NCBI GenBank assembly: GCA_016184315.1
Contig: JACPCU010000011.1
Span: 24,161-88,160, forward strand
Length of the DNA: 64,000 nucleotides
Reading direction: 5' to 3'
From: Nitrososphaerota archaeon
Lineage (GTDB): Archaea; Thermoproteota; Nitrososphaeria; Nitrososphaerales; JACQRY01
Shown: one piece after another, positions 1 through 7,778 of the stretch
How the letters are laid out: the number at the start of each line of letters is the position of its first letter
Position numbering within the stretch: the first letter of the stretch is position 1
Notes under the pieces: generated by a model
The model's input: the letters and a program-made list of their open reading frames with translations, nothing else
What the model was told of the DNA's origin: nothing
Databases searched by the model: none
Translations under genes and position numbers: made by a program

Positions 1-18
1 CCCGGAGGATAGACGTAA

Positions 19-192
19 CCACGCTACCACACAGGTGAACGAACCCTGTATAGAACCTCTAAAGATGGTAACCCCCTCATCAAGTAATCCTATCAAGAGC
101 TGATAGGGCTGTGCGAATTCTACCGCTACTTCGGGGCACCAACCATCATCGGCGGATGGGCAGTATACTTCCACAACTCGTACTTCGGCTCC
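19..192 (+). pseudogene. Possible N-terminal fragment of a nucleotidyltransferase-like protein
   Basis: Frame 1 reads ...NPLIK*SYQELIGLCEFYRYFGAPTIIGGWAVYFHNSYFGS. There is an in-frame TAA at 85-87. IIGGWAV resembles the GG motif of AbiEii/MNT-like NTases, and similarity ends before the expected DxD. Confidence 0.3.
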
Positions 193-235
193 GAGACACG
201 TTTTGGATGGAATAACCTTTGTAACAAATGGTCGC

Positions 236-679
236 TCATCTCGCTTTATCCGGGGAGAGGACGGGAATCTTCAGCCCAAGATTCCTGTAGTCGAGCATGT
301 TCCACGTTATGAAACCTTCAGAAGTAGCCTCAGCCTGAGCCGCTATCAGGAAGTCGGGTAAGATTCTGTGGACTCCATTCCCTCTACGACTGAGGTGCCT
401 TGAATAAAGTTCACCGGCCCGTTTGGCATTTTTCAGGGATCTAGGGGTCCTTACCTCGATGTTGTTCACTGCAAGAAAGCTTTGTACCCGAGCTTCTTCG
501 GATTTTGGATCATCAGAGAGATACACCCCGGTGTAAAGCTCTGCGTAGACAATGTCTGGCATCACTAACCGAATCTTCTTCTCCCTTGCTCGTCGCAGGA
601 ACCGACCGGTTTCAGCTGCGAACCTGTCATCCCGCAGGTGGCTGACCATCACGTTCGTGTCCAGTGAGTATGTTGTCAT
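236..679 (-). CDS. vapC: PIN-domain (VapC) toxin
   Basis: YSLDTNV...AEL...PDFLIAA PIN motifs; ATG at 679 overlaps the antitoxin stop (ATGA). Confidence 0.88.
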   Translation of the reverse strand: MTTYSLDTNVMVSHLRDDRFAAETGRFLRRAREKKIRLVMPDIVYAELYTGVYLSDDPKSEEARVQSFLAVNNIEVRTPRSLKNAKRAGELYSRHLSRRGNGVHRILPDFLIAAQAEATSEGFITWNMLDYRNLGLKIPVLSPDKAR

Positions 680-930
680 CTCTTTTTGCTCTTCTGTCTG
701 AGCCAGTTCACGATTTCGATGGAGTCTTTCATATCCTTGAAGATTGGGTGTCCTTTCCACACACCCCTAGTCTCCTCCATCACGGATTCCCAGCTCTTTC
801 CCAATTTCTCTACGACGACTTTCCCATCCTGACTTCTAACATCCACTGCGTCTCCTATGTTTATTCCGACTTCCACCCTGACCTCTTCGGGAATAGTTAT
901 CTGGTACCGTCTTGCCACTTTGACTCTCAA
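676..930 (-). CDS. AbrB/MazE/SpoVT-family antitoxin
   Basis: VKVARRYQITIPEEVRVEVGINIGD swapped-hairpin motif; translationally coupled to the PIN gene. Confidence 0.88.
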   Translation of the reverse strand: MRVKVARRYQITIPEEVRVEVGINIGDAVDVRSQDGKVVVEKLGKSWESVMEETRGVWKGHPIFKDMKDSIEIVNWLRQKSKKR

Positions 931-1041
931 CTTACTTCATATTCCTATCATGTAAATAGGATAATAAGCGTTGTGCCGCTTACCATACGTCCCCAACGGC
1001 TAGGAAGATATGGCACTGTTGCGATAGCTGGACTGCTGTGA

Positions 1042-1198
1042 CGGAAAGCCTGAGCTCCTTTGCCACGTGGGCCAGCATCATGCCGTCTCCTTCGACCATG
1101 AGGAAGAGCCTCTCCTTGACATCGGGATTCTCCTCTCCATTGCATAGATCCTCAAGCGCGCCCTTCGATGATGCAATGGAGTCGACATTTGCACCATC
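1042..1198 (-). mobile_element. Remnant of an IS630-like transposase N-terminal HTH
   Basis: LEDLCNGEENPDVKERLFLMVEGDGMMLAHVAKELR resembles the N-terminus of IS630-type transposases; no DDE domain or TIRs seen. Confidence 0.45.
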
Positions 1199-1334
1199 AC
1201 ATGATTGGCACAGTGGCTGAAAAGTATACCACACCTATCAGATTTCTATTATATATTTACGCTAGACGGGATAGACCCGTGTTCAAGTGCTGATACGCAA
1301 TTATGTCTTCTTTTGTTTTATGAAGCGTTAACTA

Positions 1335-1445
1335 ATGGGAAGGTTACTCAATGTTAGGGAGGCTGCCCTTCTTCTGAACGTGAATCGTCAGTTTCTCTGG
1401 AGGCAGATCGATGAAGAGATGACACTCAGATCAAAGGTATCATGA
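1335..1445 (+). pseudogene. Excisionase-like (HTH_17/MerR-type) DNA-binding fragment, 36 aa
   Basis: Manual translation MGRLLNVREAALLLNVNRQFLWRQIDEEMTLRSKVS matches the LLtv.EaA..L.V...tl.r.i excisionase pattern. Confidence 0.5.
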
Positions 1446-1470
1446 GTAATCGGAGATGCAGAAACTAGAC

Positions 1471-1581
1471 TCATAAAATGAGGATTGAAAGTGCTGCTGA
1501 GATTGCTTTCTTTGCTGCTACGATGAGTAAGCCCTTGCCGAGCATGATTTCTCTCGAATCCAGTGTTTCAAATTCTACCAT
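1471..1581 (-). CDS. Small ORF (36 aa), probably a truncated hypothetical protein
   Basis: MVEFETLDSREIMLGKGLLIVAAKKAISAALSILIL preceded by a strong SD (GGAGGTGAAAAAACATG). Confidence 0.4.
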   Translation of the reverse strand: MVEFETLDSREIMLGKGLLIVAAKKAISAALSILIL

Positions 1582-1746
1582 GTTTTTTCACCTCCTGTTA
1601 TTTTTCTGGTTAATGGTGTTGTGAGGCGAACCATCTGGATTTAGCGAAGTGACCTCATCGGAGGGAAATCAAGAATGAGTGAAGCCGAAGCGATCGGAAG
1701 TAAGAAAAGTAAAACTTTAAGTGTTTTGCCGGACACAATTATGATC

Positions 1747-1992
1747 ATGAAGGCAGAGAGCGTAGTGAAGGTATCGACCAAAGGCCAGATAGTGATACCC
1801 AAGGAAGTGCGCAAACAATTCGGAATCCTGCCAGGAAAGAGACTGCTCGTCGCAGTAGAAGCGGATGAGATACTGATCAAGAAAATGGAAGACTTGTCCC
1901 TCGGAGATCTCAGCAAGAAATTGAGCAAGGCCGCCAAGAAAGTGGACGTTGATGCGCTGGTCAACGAGGCAATCCAATGGGCGAGAAAGTAG
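1747..1992 (+). CDS. AbrB/MazE/SpoVT-family antitoxin
   Basis: VVKVSTKGQIVIPKEVRKQFGILPGKRL motif. Confidence 0.9.
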   Translation: MKAESVVKVSTKGQIVIPKEVRKQFGILPGKRLLVAVEADEILIKKMEDLSLGDLSKKLSKAAKKVDVDALVNEAIQWARK

Positions 1993-2417
1993 TCCTCGGC
2001 ACAAACGTATGGGTGTCGATTCTACTTAACAAAACCCTTGCCAAGACATTCGTACCGTTGATTGAAGCGAAAGAGATCGAGCCATGCATGTCGTACGCTC
2101 TCCTGCGGGAGGCAGCCAAGGTGCTGACCTATCCAAGAATAGATACATTATTGCGCGAGGCGAAGGTGAGACCTGAAGCTGCGCTGGCAAGTATCATAAG
2201 AGCGGTCAAACTTGTAAATCCCAGAAAATCCGTTCGGGTGGTTAAGGAAGATCCAGCAGACGACCGCGTTCTGGAGTGTGCACTTGCTGCAAAAGCCAAG
2301 TTCATCATAAGCGGCGACCACCATCTGTTGGCGCTGAAGGAGTACAGAGGAATCAGAATCTTGAAGCCGAGGGAATTCCTTGAATGCACTTTAGACCTGC
2401 GGTCCAATGATTCGTGA
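1977..2417 (+). CDS. vapC: PIN-domain toxin; first catalytic Asp replaced by Gly
   Basis: VVLGTNV (canonical VVLDTNV), DPADDRVLECA, IISGDHHLL; overlaps the antitoxin end. Confidence 0.85.
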   Translation: MGEKVVLGTNVWVSILLNKTLAKTFVPLIEAKEIEPCMSYALLREAAKVLTYPRIDTLLREAKVRPEAALASIIRAVKLVNPRKSVRVVKEDPADDRVLECALAAKAKFIISGDHHLLALKEYRGIRILKPREFLECTLDLRSNDS

Positions 2418-2482
2418 TTTTTGCTACTCAACAAGCGAAGAGCCTACGTTACGGCAGAATCTCCAACTGAGCTTTTTTCATC

Positions 2483-2503
2483 GGTTCAAATCCCTCGCAC
2501 CAC
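2483..2503 (+). repeat. tRNA 3'-end-like spacer repeat R1
   Basis: GGTTCAAATCCCTCGCACCA: T-loop plus an ...ACCA end; the first 12 nt are identical to R2. Confidence 0.5.
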
Positions 2504-2597
2504 AAATAATGAAGAATGGTAGGATGCGTAGCCACCACTCTGGCAAGAATATAGAAAGGAACAAATGCCAAGCTCTTCCAGGAGAAATAACAGACTA

Positions 2598-2931
2598 TTG
2601 AAAGCCAGATCAATCCGGGGCACCCCAATCAGACTGCCTGATGAGAGATGGCAGCACATTATTGAACATCACCCAGCGCTTAAAGGCTTGAAGAGATTGG
2701 TCTTGCAAACAGTCTCCTACCCAGACGCAGTTTATGCTTCACCTACGGATGTTATGTCTAACTTTGCAGCGGTAAAGGATTTCGATGAGCTTGCCAGATT
2801 AGGTCTTTCATCAAGAATTGTCGTTCATTACAGAGAAACGACTACCGATGATGCGTTTATGTTGACAGCCTTTCCCAATCTCACCCAAAAGGGCTCGGAG
2901 GAAGTTTAGAAAGTGGAGCAAAGTCAGGTGA
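2598..2931 (+). pseudogene. Putative toxin partner of DUF2283 (RelE/DUF4258-like hypothetical) with a likely 3' frameshift
   Basis: IRLPDERWQHIIEHHP motif; TTG start after GGAGA. Removing one C from CCC at 2874-2876 gives ...AFPISPKRARRKFRKWSKVR* ending 2 nt before the DUF2283 ATG. Confidence 0.55.
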
Positions 2932-2933
2932 AG

Positions 2934-3182
2934 ATGGCGGTCGACGCCTTCAAGGTCGTAAAGAATGTCCTGAGGAGAATTAGCAAGCCAGTGAAGGGAA
3001 ATAAGATCGTGGCGCTCAGTTACGATGAGGATGCTGATGTCCTCTACGTAAAGTTCAGGCAAGCGGAGATCGTCGATAGCGAATCCCTTGATCCGGAAGG
3101 AATGATCATGGGCTCCCTAGACAAAAGAGGACGAATCACTGGACTGATTATCATGAATGCCTCAAGATACTCCGAAAAGTAG
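2934..3182 (+). CDS. DUF2283-domain protein (putative antitoxin)
   Basis: SYDEDADVLYVKF...LDKRGRITGLIIMNAS; SD AGGTGA before ATG 2934. Confidence 0.8.
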   Translation: MAVDAFKVVKNVLRRISKPVKGNKIVALSYDEDADVLYVKFRQAEIVDSESLDPEGMIMGSLDKRGRITGLIIMNASRYSEK

Positions 3183-3214
3183 GCGCAGGAATAGGTCATT
3201 AGCTGAACGGCTTT

Positions 3215-3240
3215 GCGGGTTCAAATCCCACCGGGCCCGC
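3215..3240 (+). repeat. tRNA 3'-end-like spacer repeat R2 (best-conserved copy)
   Basis: GCGGG-TTCAAAT-CCCAC-CGGGCCC-GC = T arm + 3' acceptor strand + discriminator. Confidence 0.85.
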
Positions 3241-3273
3241 TTACAATCCTAAATTTACGTGATGCGTCCAGAG

Positions 3274-3690
3274 TCATAACATTCGAAGGAATCCGCAGTC
3301 TTCAGCTTTCTTGTACAGCTCTTTGTCCGCAGTAATTACCTCCAACCCCAAAAGTTCGCCTAGTGACAGGTATAAGGAGTCATATACCGTAATGCCATAC
3401 TCGTAAGCCAATTCTGAGCCCCTGCTAACCAGCTCCTTGCTCGGCGCCATAATATCCACCTGCAGGTTAAACAGATCATCAAGAGCTCTGGCCGTGACAT
3501 GGGGGTTGAAGCCCGGTTTGAACCTGAGAGCGTTTGCAATCTCATAGACAAGAAGATCTGGTGCAACGAGCGTCCTTATTCCATCTATATGCTCATTTCT
3601 AACTGCGAGCGCTCGGTCGCTCCCTTCTTCCTCAGAAAACCACTTTACAGCTACCGACGCGTCTATGACCGTCTCCTCTGATCTCTCCAT
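3274..3690 (-). CDS. vapC: PIN-domain (VapC) toxin
   Basis: VIDASVAVKWF...YEIAN...YDSLY...ITAD motifs intact. Confidence 0.9.
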   Translation of the reverse strand: MERSEETVIDASVAVKWFSEEEGSDRALAVRNEHIDGIRTLVAPDLLVYEIANALRFKPGFNPHVTARALDDLFNLQVDIMAPSKELVSRGSELAYEYGITVYDSLYLSLGELLGLEVITADKELYKKAEDCGFLRML

Positions 3691-3926
3691 TTGCGTATTT
3701 CAGCCACTCCAGACCATTCTCCCTTGTATTCGAGTCTGAGTTTATCCATGTTCTTGGCTGCCTTGAGCATCATTTCCTTGTCACGCAGCTTGCTTTGTCT
3801 CTTGGAAGCAACCCACATTCTGAAGGCTTCCGTGGCGGCATCACCTACCTTGATTCCCCGTCTTACTGCCTCTGCCTTCAGGTTTCTGAATGCGCTCTCC
3901 TCAACGTCTTTGATGCTCACACTCAT
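3663..3926 (-). CDS. RHH-like antitoxin (VapB)
   Basis: SIKDVEESAFRNLKAEAVRRG...EAFRMW RHH-type N-terminus; C-terminal SGVAEIRKWRD typical of archaeal VapB; overlaps the PIN gene. Confidence 0.75.
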   Translation of the reverse strand: MSVSIKDVEESAFRNLKAEAVRRGIKVGDAATEAFRMWVASKRQSKLRDKEMMLKAAKNMDKLRLEYKGEWSGVAEIRKWRDQRRRS

Positions 3927-4035
3927 GAAATGAGTTATATGCTCAAACTATAATAACTTTTCTAACTAGTTTGACTAGACGGTAATCCACACTATTTCCC
4001 CAATCGGATTTCGAAAATCTATTCCCCGAACCCGG

Positions 4036-4063
4036 ATGGGTTAGAACCCCACCGGGTCCGCCA
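4036..4063 (+). repeat. tRNA 3'-end-like spacer repeat R3
   Basis: ATGGGTTAGAACCCCACCGGGTCCGCCA; 20/24 identical to R2 and ends in CCA. Confidence 0.8.
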
Positions 4064-4202
4064 TGTCTCGTTAGGCTGTCTTAGCGAGAACTTGCTCAGT
4101 CGGAGTAACCAAAAGGGACCAAGGGCCTATTTGAGATGGGTAGAGCGTGTGTCCTAGAGAGGATTTAATCTCCTATAGTGCAGACGTATTAGGCATTAGG
4201 AA

Positions 4203-4454
4203 TCATTCATAGGCCTTGCTTCGATGCCTAATTCGCAGTACAAGGAGTGTACCATCAATCTTGGTGTATATGACTCGGTATTCTCCTATTCTCAGCTTGT
4301 ACAATCCCTTGAACTCGCCGCTTAGAGGTTCTCCAGCATCAGGGTTCTTGTCCAGAATCTCTTTTATTTCGGAAAGTAGCCGTGCTGCTCGCTTGGGATC
4401 GATGTGCTTAAGATCGCGACTTACGGACGACTTGTAAACTATTTTGTGAACCAA
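4203..4454 (-). CDS. relE: RelE/ParE-family toxin
   Basis: GEPLSGEFKGLYKLRIGEYRVIY...VLRIRHRSKAY. Confidence 0.9.
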   Translation of the reverse strand: MVHKIVYKSSVSRDLKHIDPKRAARLLSEIKEILDKNPDAGEPLSGEFKGLYKLRIGEYRVIYTKIDGTLLVLRIRHRSKAYE

Positions 4455-4662
4455 GCTTGCTTACCAATTCTTTCTCTGTGATTATCGCATCTTCTTTATC
4501 GCTTAACCGGTGCAATGCAATCAAATAATCTTCGTATTCCTCGATGTATTCTTGGAGGGCTTTCCTGATGAGATACGTCTTGGAGCGTTCGATCGTCTTG
4601 GCTAACTTGTTAAGCCTCTTCGCCATCTCTTCAGGTAATCTTACCGAGACCGCTTCGCTCAT
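4408..4662 (-). CDS. CopG/RHH antitoxin (RelB-like)
   Basis: VSVRLPEEMAKRLNKLAKTIERSKTYLIRKALQEY RHH motif. Confidence 0.88.
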   Translation of the reverse strand: MSEAVSVRLPEEMAKRLNKLAKTIERSKTYLIRKALQEYIEEYEDYLIALHRLSDKEDAIITEKELVSKLGSQNSLQVVRKSRS

Positions 4663-4663
4663 C

Positions 4664-4690
4664 ACATGTATTGCGTGTAAGACATGTATT
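4664..4690. promoter_or_regulatory. Candidate RHH operator: ACATGTATT direct repeat (4664-4672, 4682-4690)
   Basis: Two identical 9-mers containing palindromic ACATGT directly upstream of the antitoxin start. Confidence 0.55.
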
Positions 4691-4830
4691 TAATGGTTCC
4701 GAGAAGTCTAAGAGCCGGCGAAAAAGAGCCCTGACTCGATCTTCTTGGATCATTGAATAGTCGGCATCATGATAACATGCACACCTAGACAATTATCTTC
4801 ATAGCTCATGTCCTTTGCCAGTCGGTGCCT

Positions 4831-4909
4831 TGAACCCTGCGAGGCTCAAACCCACGATTTTGAATCCACTTTTTACGACAAAAATGTCTTGAGTTCCCAC
4901 CAGGCCGGT
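4831..4909 (+). repeat. Composite repeat: 36-bp unit shared with 11855, then tRNA-like core R4 (4886-4909)
   Basis: TGAACCCTGCGAGGCTCAAACCCACGATTTTGAATC ... GTCTTGAGTTCCCACCAGGCCGGT (16/24 to R2). Confidence 0.65.
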
Positions 4910-4970
4910 CTTTTCCAACGGGCAGGTTTCGTTCTAGATCTAGGACCGAGTCGGCTCTGCAAACGTATTT

Positions 4971-4990
4971 AAGTAAGGATTTCCTTACTT
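4971..4990. promoter_or_regulatory. Palindromic operator overlapping the TATA box of mazEF
   Basis: AAGTAAGGA-TT-TCCTTACTT, perfect 9-bp arms; TATTTAAG at 4966-4973; ATG at 4999. Confidence 0.65.
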
Positions 4991-4998
4991 TTACAGAA

Positions 4999-5286
4999 AT
5001 GACCGCGACCAACGAACTCACATTCAAGAAGGTGAAGGTTTCAGACAAGGGGCAGATTTCGATACCGGCGGACATGCAGAGGGAAATCGGCATAAAGAAA
5101 GGAGACGAGCTTCTCTTGGTTAGAAAAGGACGTAAAATACTCCTGGAGAAGCCTGAAGTAGTCATCGAACTGCTCGGGGACGAGTTCGCTGACATACAAA
5201 GCATCACGGAAGAATCCTTGGGGCGGATTTGGCTCAACAAAGAAGAAGATATCTGGAACCAGTATCTGAAGGCGAGAAAGAAGTGA
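4999..5286 (+). CDS. AbrB/MazE-family antitoxin
   Basis: VKVSDKGQISIPADMQREIGIKKGDEL; C-terminal W...EEDIW typical of MazF partners. Confidence 0.88.
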   Translation: MTATNELTFKKVKVSDKGQISIPADMQREIGIKKGDELLLVRKGRKILLEKPEVVIELLGDEFADIQSITEESLGRIWLNKEEDIWNQYLKARKK

Positions 5287-5624
5287 TCTCCCAGCGAGAT
5301 GTTGTGCTACTGTCGTTTCCGTTTTCTGATCTGCAAAGCTCGAAGGTAAGACCGGCCATTGTATTGTCAAACGACAGATACAACCGCCGCTCGGAAGATT
5401 TCGTGGCTGCTCCGATCACTTCCAACATGAAATTGAGAGATTACGCGATTCTAATCACCAACAACCAAATGGAAAGTGGCAAGTTAATCGTCGATAGCAA
5501 AGTGAAAGTAGACAGAGTCTTCAGCGTGAGCCAACGACTCGTTAGAATGAAAATTGGCCGAGTGAAGGCCGAAATCCACGAGAAAATAACCAACACTCTC
5601 TTCGAGCTATTAAGTGGCCCGTAA
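5283..5624 (+). CDS. mazF: MazF/PemK-family endoribonuclease toxin
   Basis: RDVVLLSFPFSD...KVRPAIVLSN...APITS; GTG start in a GTGA overlap. Confidence 0.9.
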   Translation: MISQRDVVLLSFPFSDLQSSKVRPAIVLSNDRYNRRSEDFVAAPITSNMKLRDYAILITNNQMESGKLIVDSKVKVDRVFSVSQRLVRMKIGRVKAEIHEKITNTLFELLSGP

Positions 5625-5641
5625 GGTGAGCACATTGAGCA

Positions 5642-5663
5642 GTTCGAAACCCACCGGGCCCGC
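5642..5663 (+). repeat. tRNA 3'-end-like spacer repeat R5
   Basis: GTTCGAAACCCACCGGGCCCGC; 20/24 to R2 over 5640-5663. Confidence 0.85.
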
Positions 5664-5831
5664 ACTCATCTAACGTTCAAAGGTCGGGGTCACCGTGAAC
5701 ATCGACTCTAGTGTCTAATCCCTCTCACACTTATTCTGCTGCGGCTTACATTATCGACAATTGCATGGTGCCTTCCTTCAACGGCATTCCACCATGCAGG
5801 CTGCTTAAATACATGGTTGCGCCGCAATTAT

Positions 5832-6080
5832 ATGGTTGCAATGGGTCAAGTTGCTACGGTGACGAGCAAAAGCATGGTAACTGTTCCTTCAAAAATAAGA
5901 AAGAAGTACGGTCTTCGGCAGGGAAGCAAAGTTGAGTTCGTGGAAGTCGAGGAGGGTTTGTTTCTGGTTCCACTTAAAACGCTCCGTGAATTGAGAGGTG
6001 CTGCAAAGGAGAAATCCAGTCTGTTAGTCGAGGCTGTCAGAGAGCTCAACAGAGAGCACCGAGAGGAAACAAAGAAATGA
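5832..6080 (+). CDS. AbrB/MazE/SpoVT-family antitoxin
   Basis: TVTSKSMVTVPSKIRKKYGLRQGSKVEF. Confidence 0.88.
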   Translation: MVAMGQVATVTSKSMVTVPSKIRKKYGLRQGSKVEFVEVEEGLFLVPLKTLRELRGAAKEKSSLLVEAVRELNREHREETKK

Positions 6081-6475
6081 ACGAGAAACTAGTTCTCGAC
6101 GCAGGCGTGCTGTCTTTGCACTTCGCGGACCACCGAGGTGTCGGCCCGTACTTCGATGCTATCACCGCCGGACGATCCAAGGGACTGATTTCGAGTTTCA
6201 ATCTAGCAGAGTTTTACTACAAGACGTGCCAGAAACTCGGGAAACAGACCGCCGATACCTGGTATTTCCAGGTTAGGAACAGCGAACTCAACATCATCAA
6301 TAGAGAGGAGTTGGTCAGACTAGCTGGCTTGGAAAAGTGCAGACAATCTCATAGGCTCGCGCTTGCAGATTGCTTTGCACTAGCTCTCGCGAAAGCCGAA
6401 GGCGCGCTCCTGCTTACGACCGACGGTGAGCTCGCCAAAATACGTGATGCTAATGTCAAGCACATCAAACTCTGA
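6077..6475 (+). CDS. vapC: PIN-domain (VapC) toxin
   Basis: LVLDAG...NLAEFYY...LADCFALALA...LLTTDGE; ATGA overlap. Confidence 0.9.
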   Translation: MNEKLVLDAGVLSLHFADHRGVGPYFDAITAGRSKGLISSFNLAEFYYKTCQKLGKQTADTWYFQVRNSELNIINREELVRLAGLEKCRQSHRLALADCFALALAKAEGALLLTTDGELAKIRDANVKHIKL

Positions 6476-6638
6476 TGGAATAGGGGTGCGGTCGCCGGGA
6501 CTTCCGCCCGCGTTCGCATCTTAAGAGGCTGGGATTCAATCTGCCTTGTGTTGACCTACATGTTCTCAAGGTGCACTGTTTCACTGCACCTGAACTGCAT
6601 TGACGTTCGGATCCTGTAAGGCCCAATATCATCTGAAA

Positions 6639-6660
6639 GTGAGTCTCACGGGGCCCGCCA
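6639..6660 (+). repeat. tRNA 3'-end-like spacer repeat R6
   Basis: GTGAGTCTCACGGGGCCCGCCA; GGGCCCGC core plus CCA end. Confidence 0.65.
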
Positions 6661-6732
6661 ACGTTATGTTTTATGTAAAAACGACATGAGAGGTGATGCC
6701 TTAGTGTGAAGCTACTTGGGCCCACTGAATAA

Positions 6733-7135
6733 CTAGATCAGCCTAACATTTAGTTCGGCAACCTTCTCAGCATCTTTGAAGTCCCTGCCTTTCGTTATTA
6801 TGCCGTCAGCTCCGTTGGCCAACCCTATCCCACAGACAAGCATATCTAGTGTGTTTATCGGCCTTCCAATCCTGAGAAGGGGCTCCCATGATCTTGGCAG
6901 CCTCTTCGGAAGAGCGGGCATCAAACGGGAGGACAGTTGTCTGTCGGAAGAATGCTTTGAGAGTTCTTTCTTCTTCAGACAGTCTTCTGTGGAAGATAGG
7001 TGACAAGAGTTCGAAGATAGAGATTGTGCTTGTGGCTGTGGGTTCTCTTCTTCTCTCTTCTGACTCAACGATTTCCTTTGTTTTTCCGCCACCTTTTAGA
7101 TAGTCCAGTATTGCTGAGGTATCGAAGAGCATCAA
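6733..7135 (-). pseudogene. vapC: Frameshifted PIN-domain (VapC) toxin
   Basis: LFDTSAILD...SIFELL in one frame, LLRIGRPINTLDMLVCG...ITKGRDF in another; an extra base in the G4 run at 6879-6882 joins them. Confidence 0.85.
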
Positions 7136-7344
7136 ATTCGGATCACAGCCTTACTTCTGATCTTCTCGATATCATGCTCAATTGCCTTTAGATGGGGGTT
7201 ATCTGCCAGTACGCCTGAAAAATGAGTAAGGCTCGGCTTCTCAAATAGCCTCTCGATGACTTCGCTGAAACTCTCTCCTTCCTTCTTAGCCTCGAGCAGT
7301 TTCTTGTACACGTCTTCTCTGATTGCTATGTTTTTGCTTGCCAT
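7132..7344 (-). CDS. VapB-family antitoxin (DUF217-like)
   Basis: MASKNIAIREDVYKKLLEAKKEGESFSEVIERL. Confidence 0.85.
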   Translation of the reverse strand: MASKNIAIREDVYKKLLEAKKEGESFSEVIERLFEKPSLTHFSGVLADNPHLKAIEHDIEKIRSKAVIRI

Positions 7345-7434
7345 GCACAGAGGTATATGTGTCAACATGAGTGTTAAGACTGTAGACTTGCGTCACAATT
7401 GAGCAATGAATCTTTGTAGCTCACACCCATTTAC

Positions 7435-7458
7435 GCTCGAATCCTTCACAAGGCCCGC
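7435..7458 (+). repeat. tRNA 3'-end-like spacer repeat R7
   Basis: GCTCGAATCC[TT]CACAAGGCCCGC; 18/22 to R2 allowing a 2-nt insertion. Confidence 0.55.
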
Positions 7459-7778
7459 TACGATTTGATAATGGGCTCAGTAACTCGTCTAGGACTTGTT
7501 GAACACGGCGAGGGTCTTTTCGACTTGCCTACTTTCAGTATCGGTAGCACTGGGTATTGGTTTTGGATCAAAACAACATGACGATAAGGAGTGTTTGGAG
7601 CGGTTTTTGGGATGGGTTGATTGACAGAGTTCATCTCCTCTTGGCAGTGAAGCTTGTCTGTGACGCTCAGAGAATTGGCCAGCCGCCAAGGCTCTGTGTA
7701 ACAGGTCGACATATATTAGAATTAAATATTTCCTGACAGTAATAAATCCTTATATAGTGAAATACCTATTACATCATT

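Noticed and set aside
3181-3243. Complete tRNA gene at R2 (or any other repeat)
   Set aside because: Only the T arm and 3' acceptor strand are present; no 5' GGGCCCG strand, D arm or anticodon arm at the proper spacing.
2483-7458. CRISPR array
   Set aside because: The repeats are degenerate and separated by 0.7-1 kb gene pairs, not 30-40-nt spacers; no cas genes.
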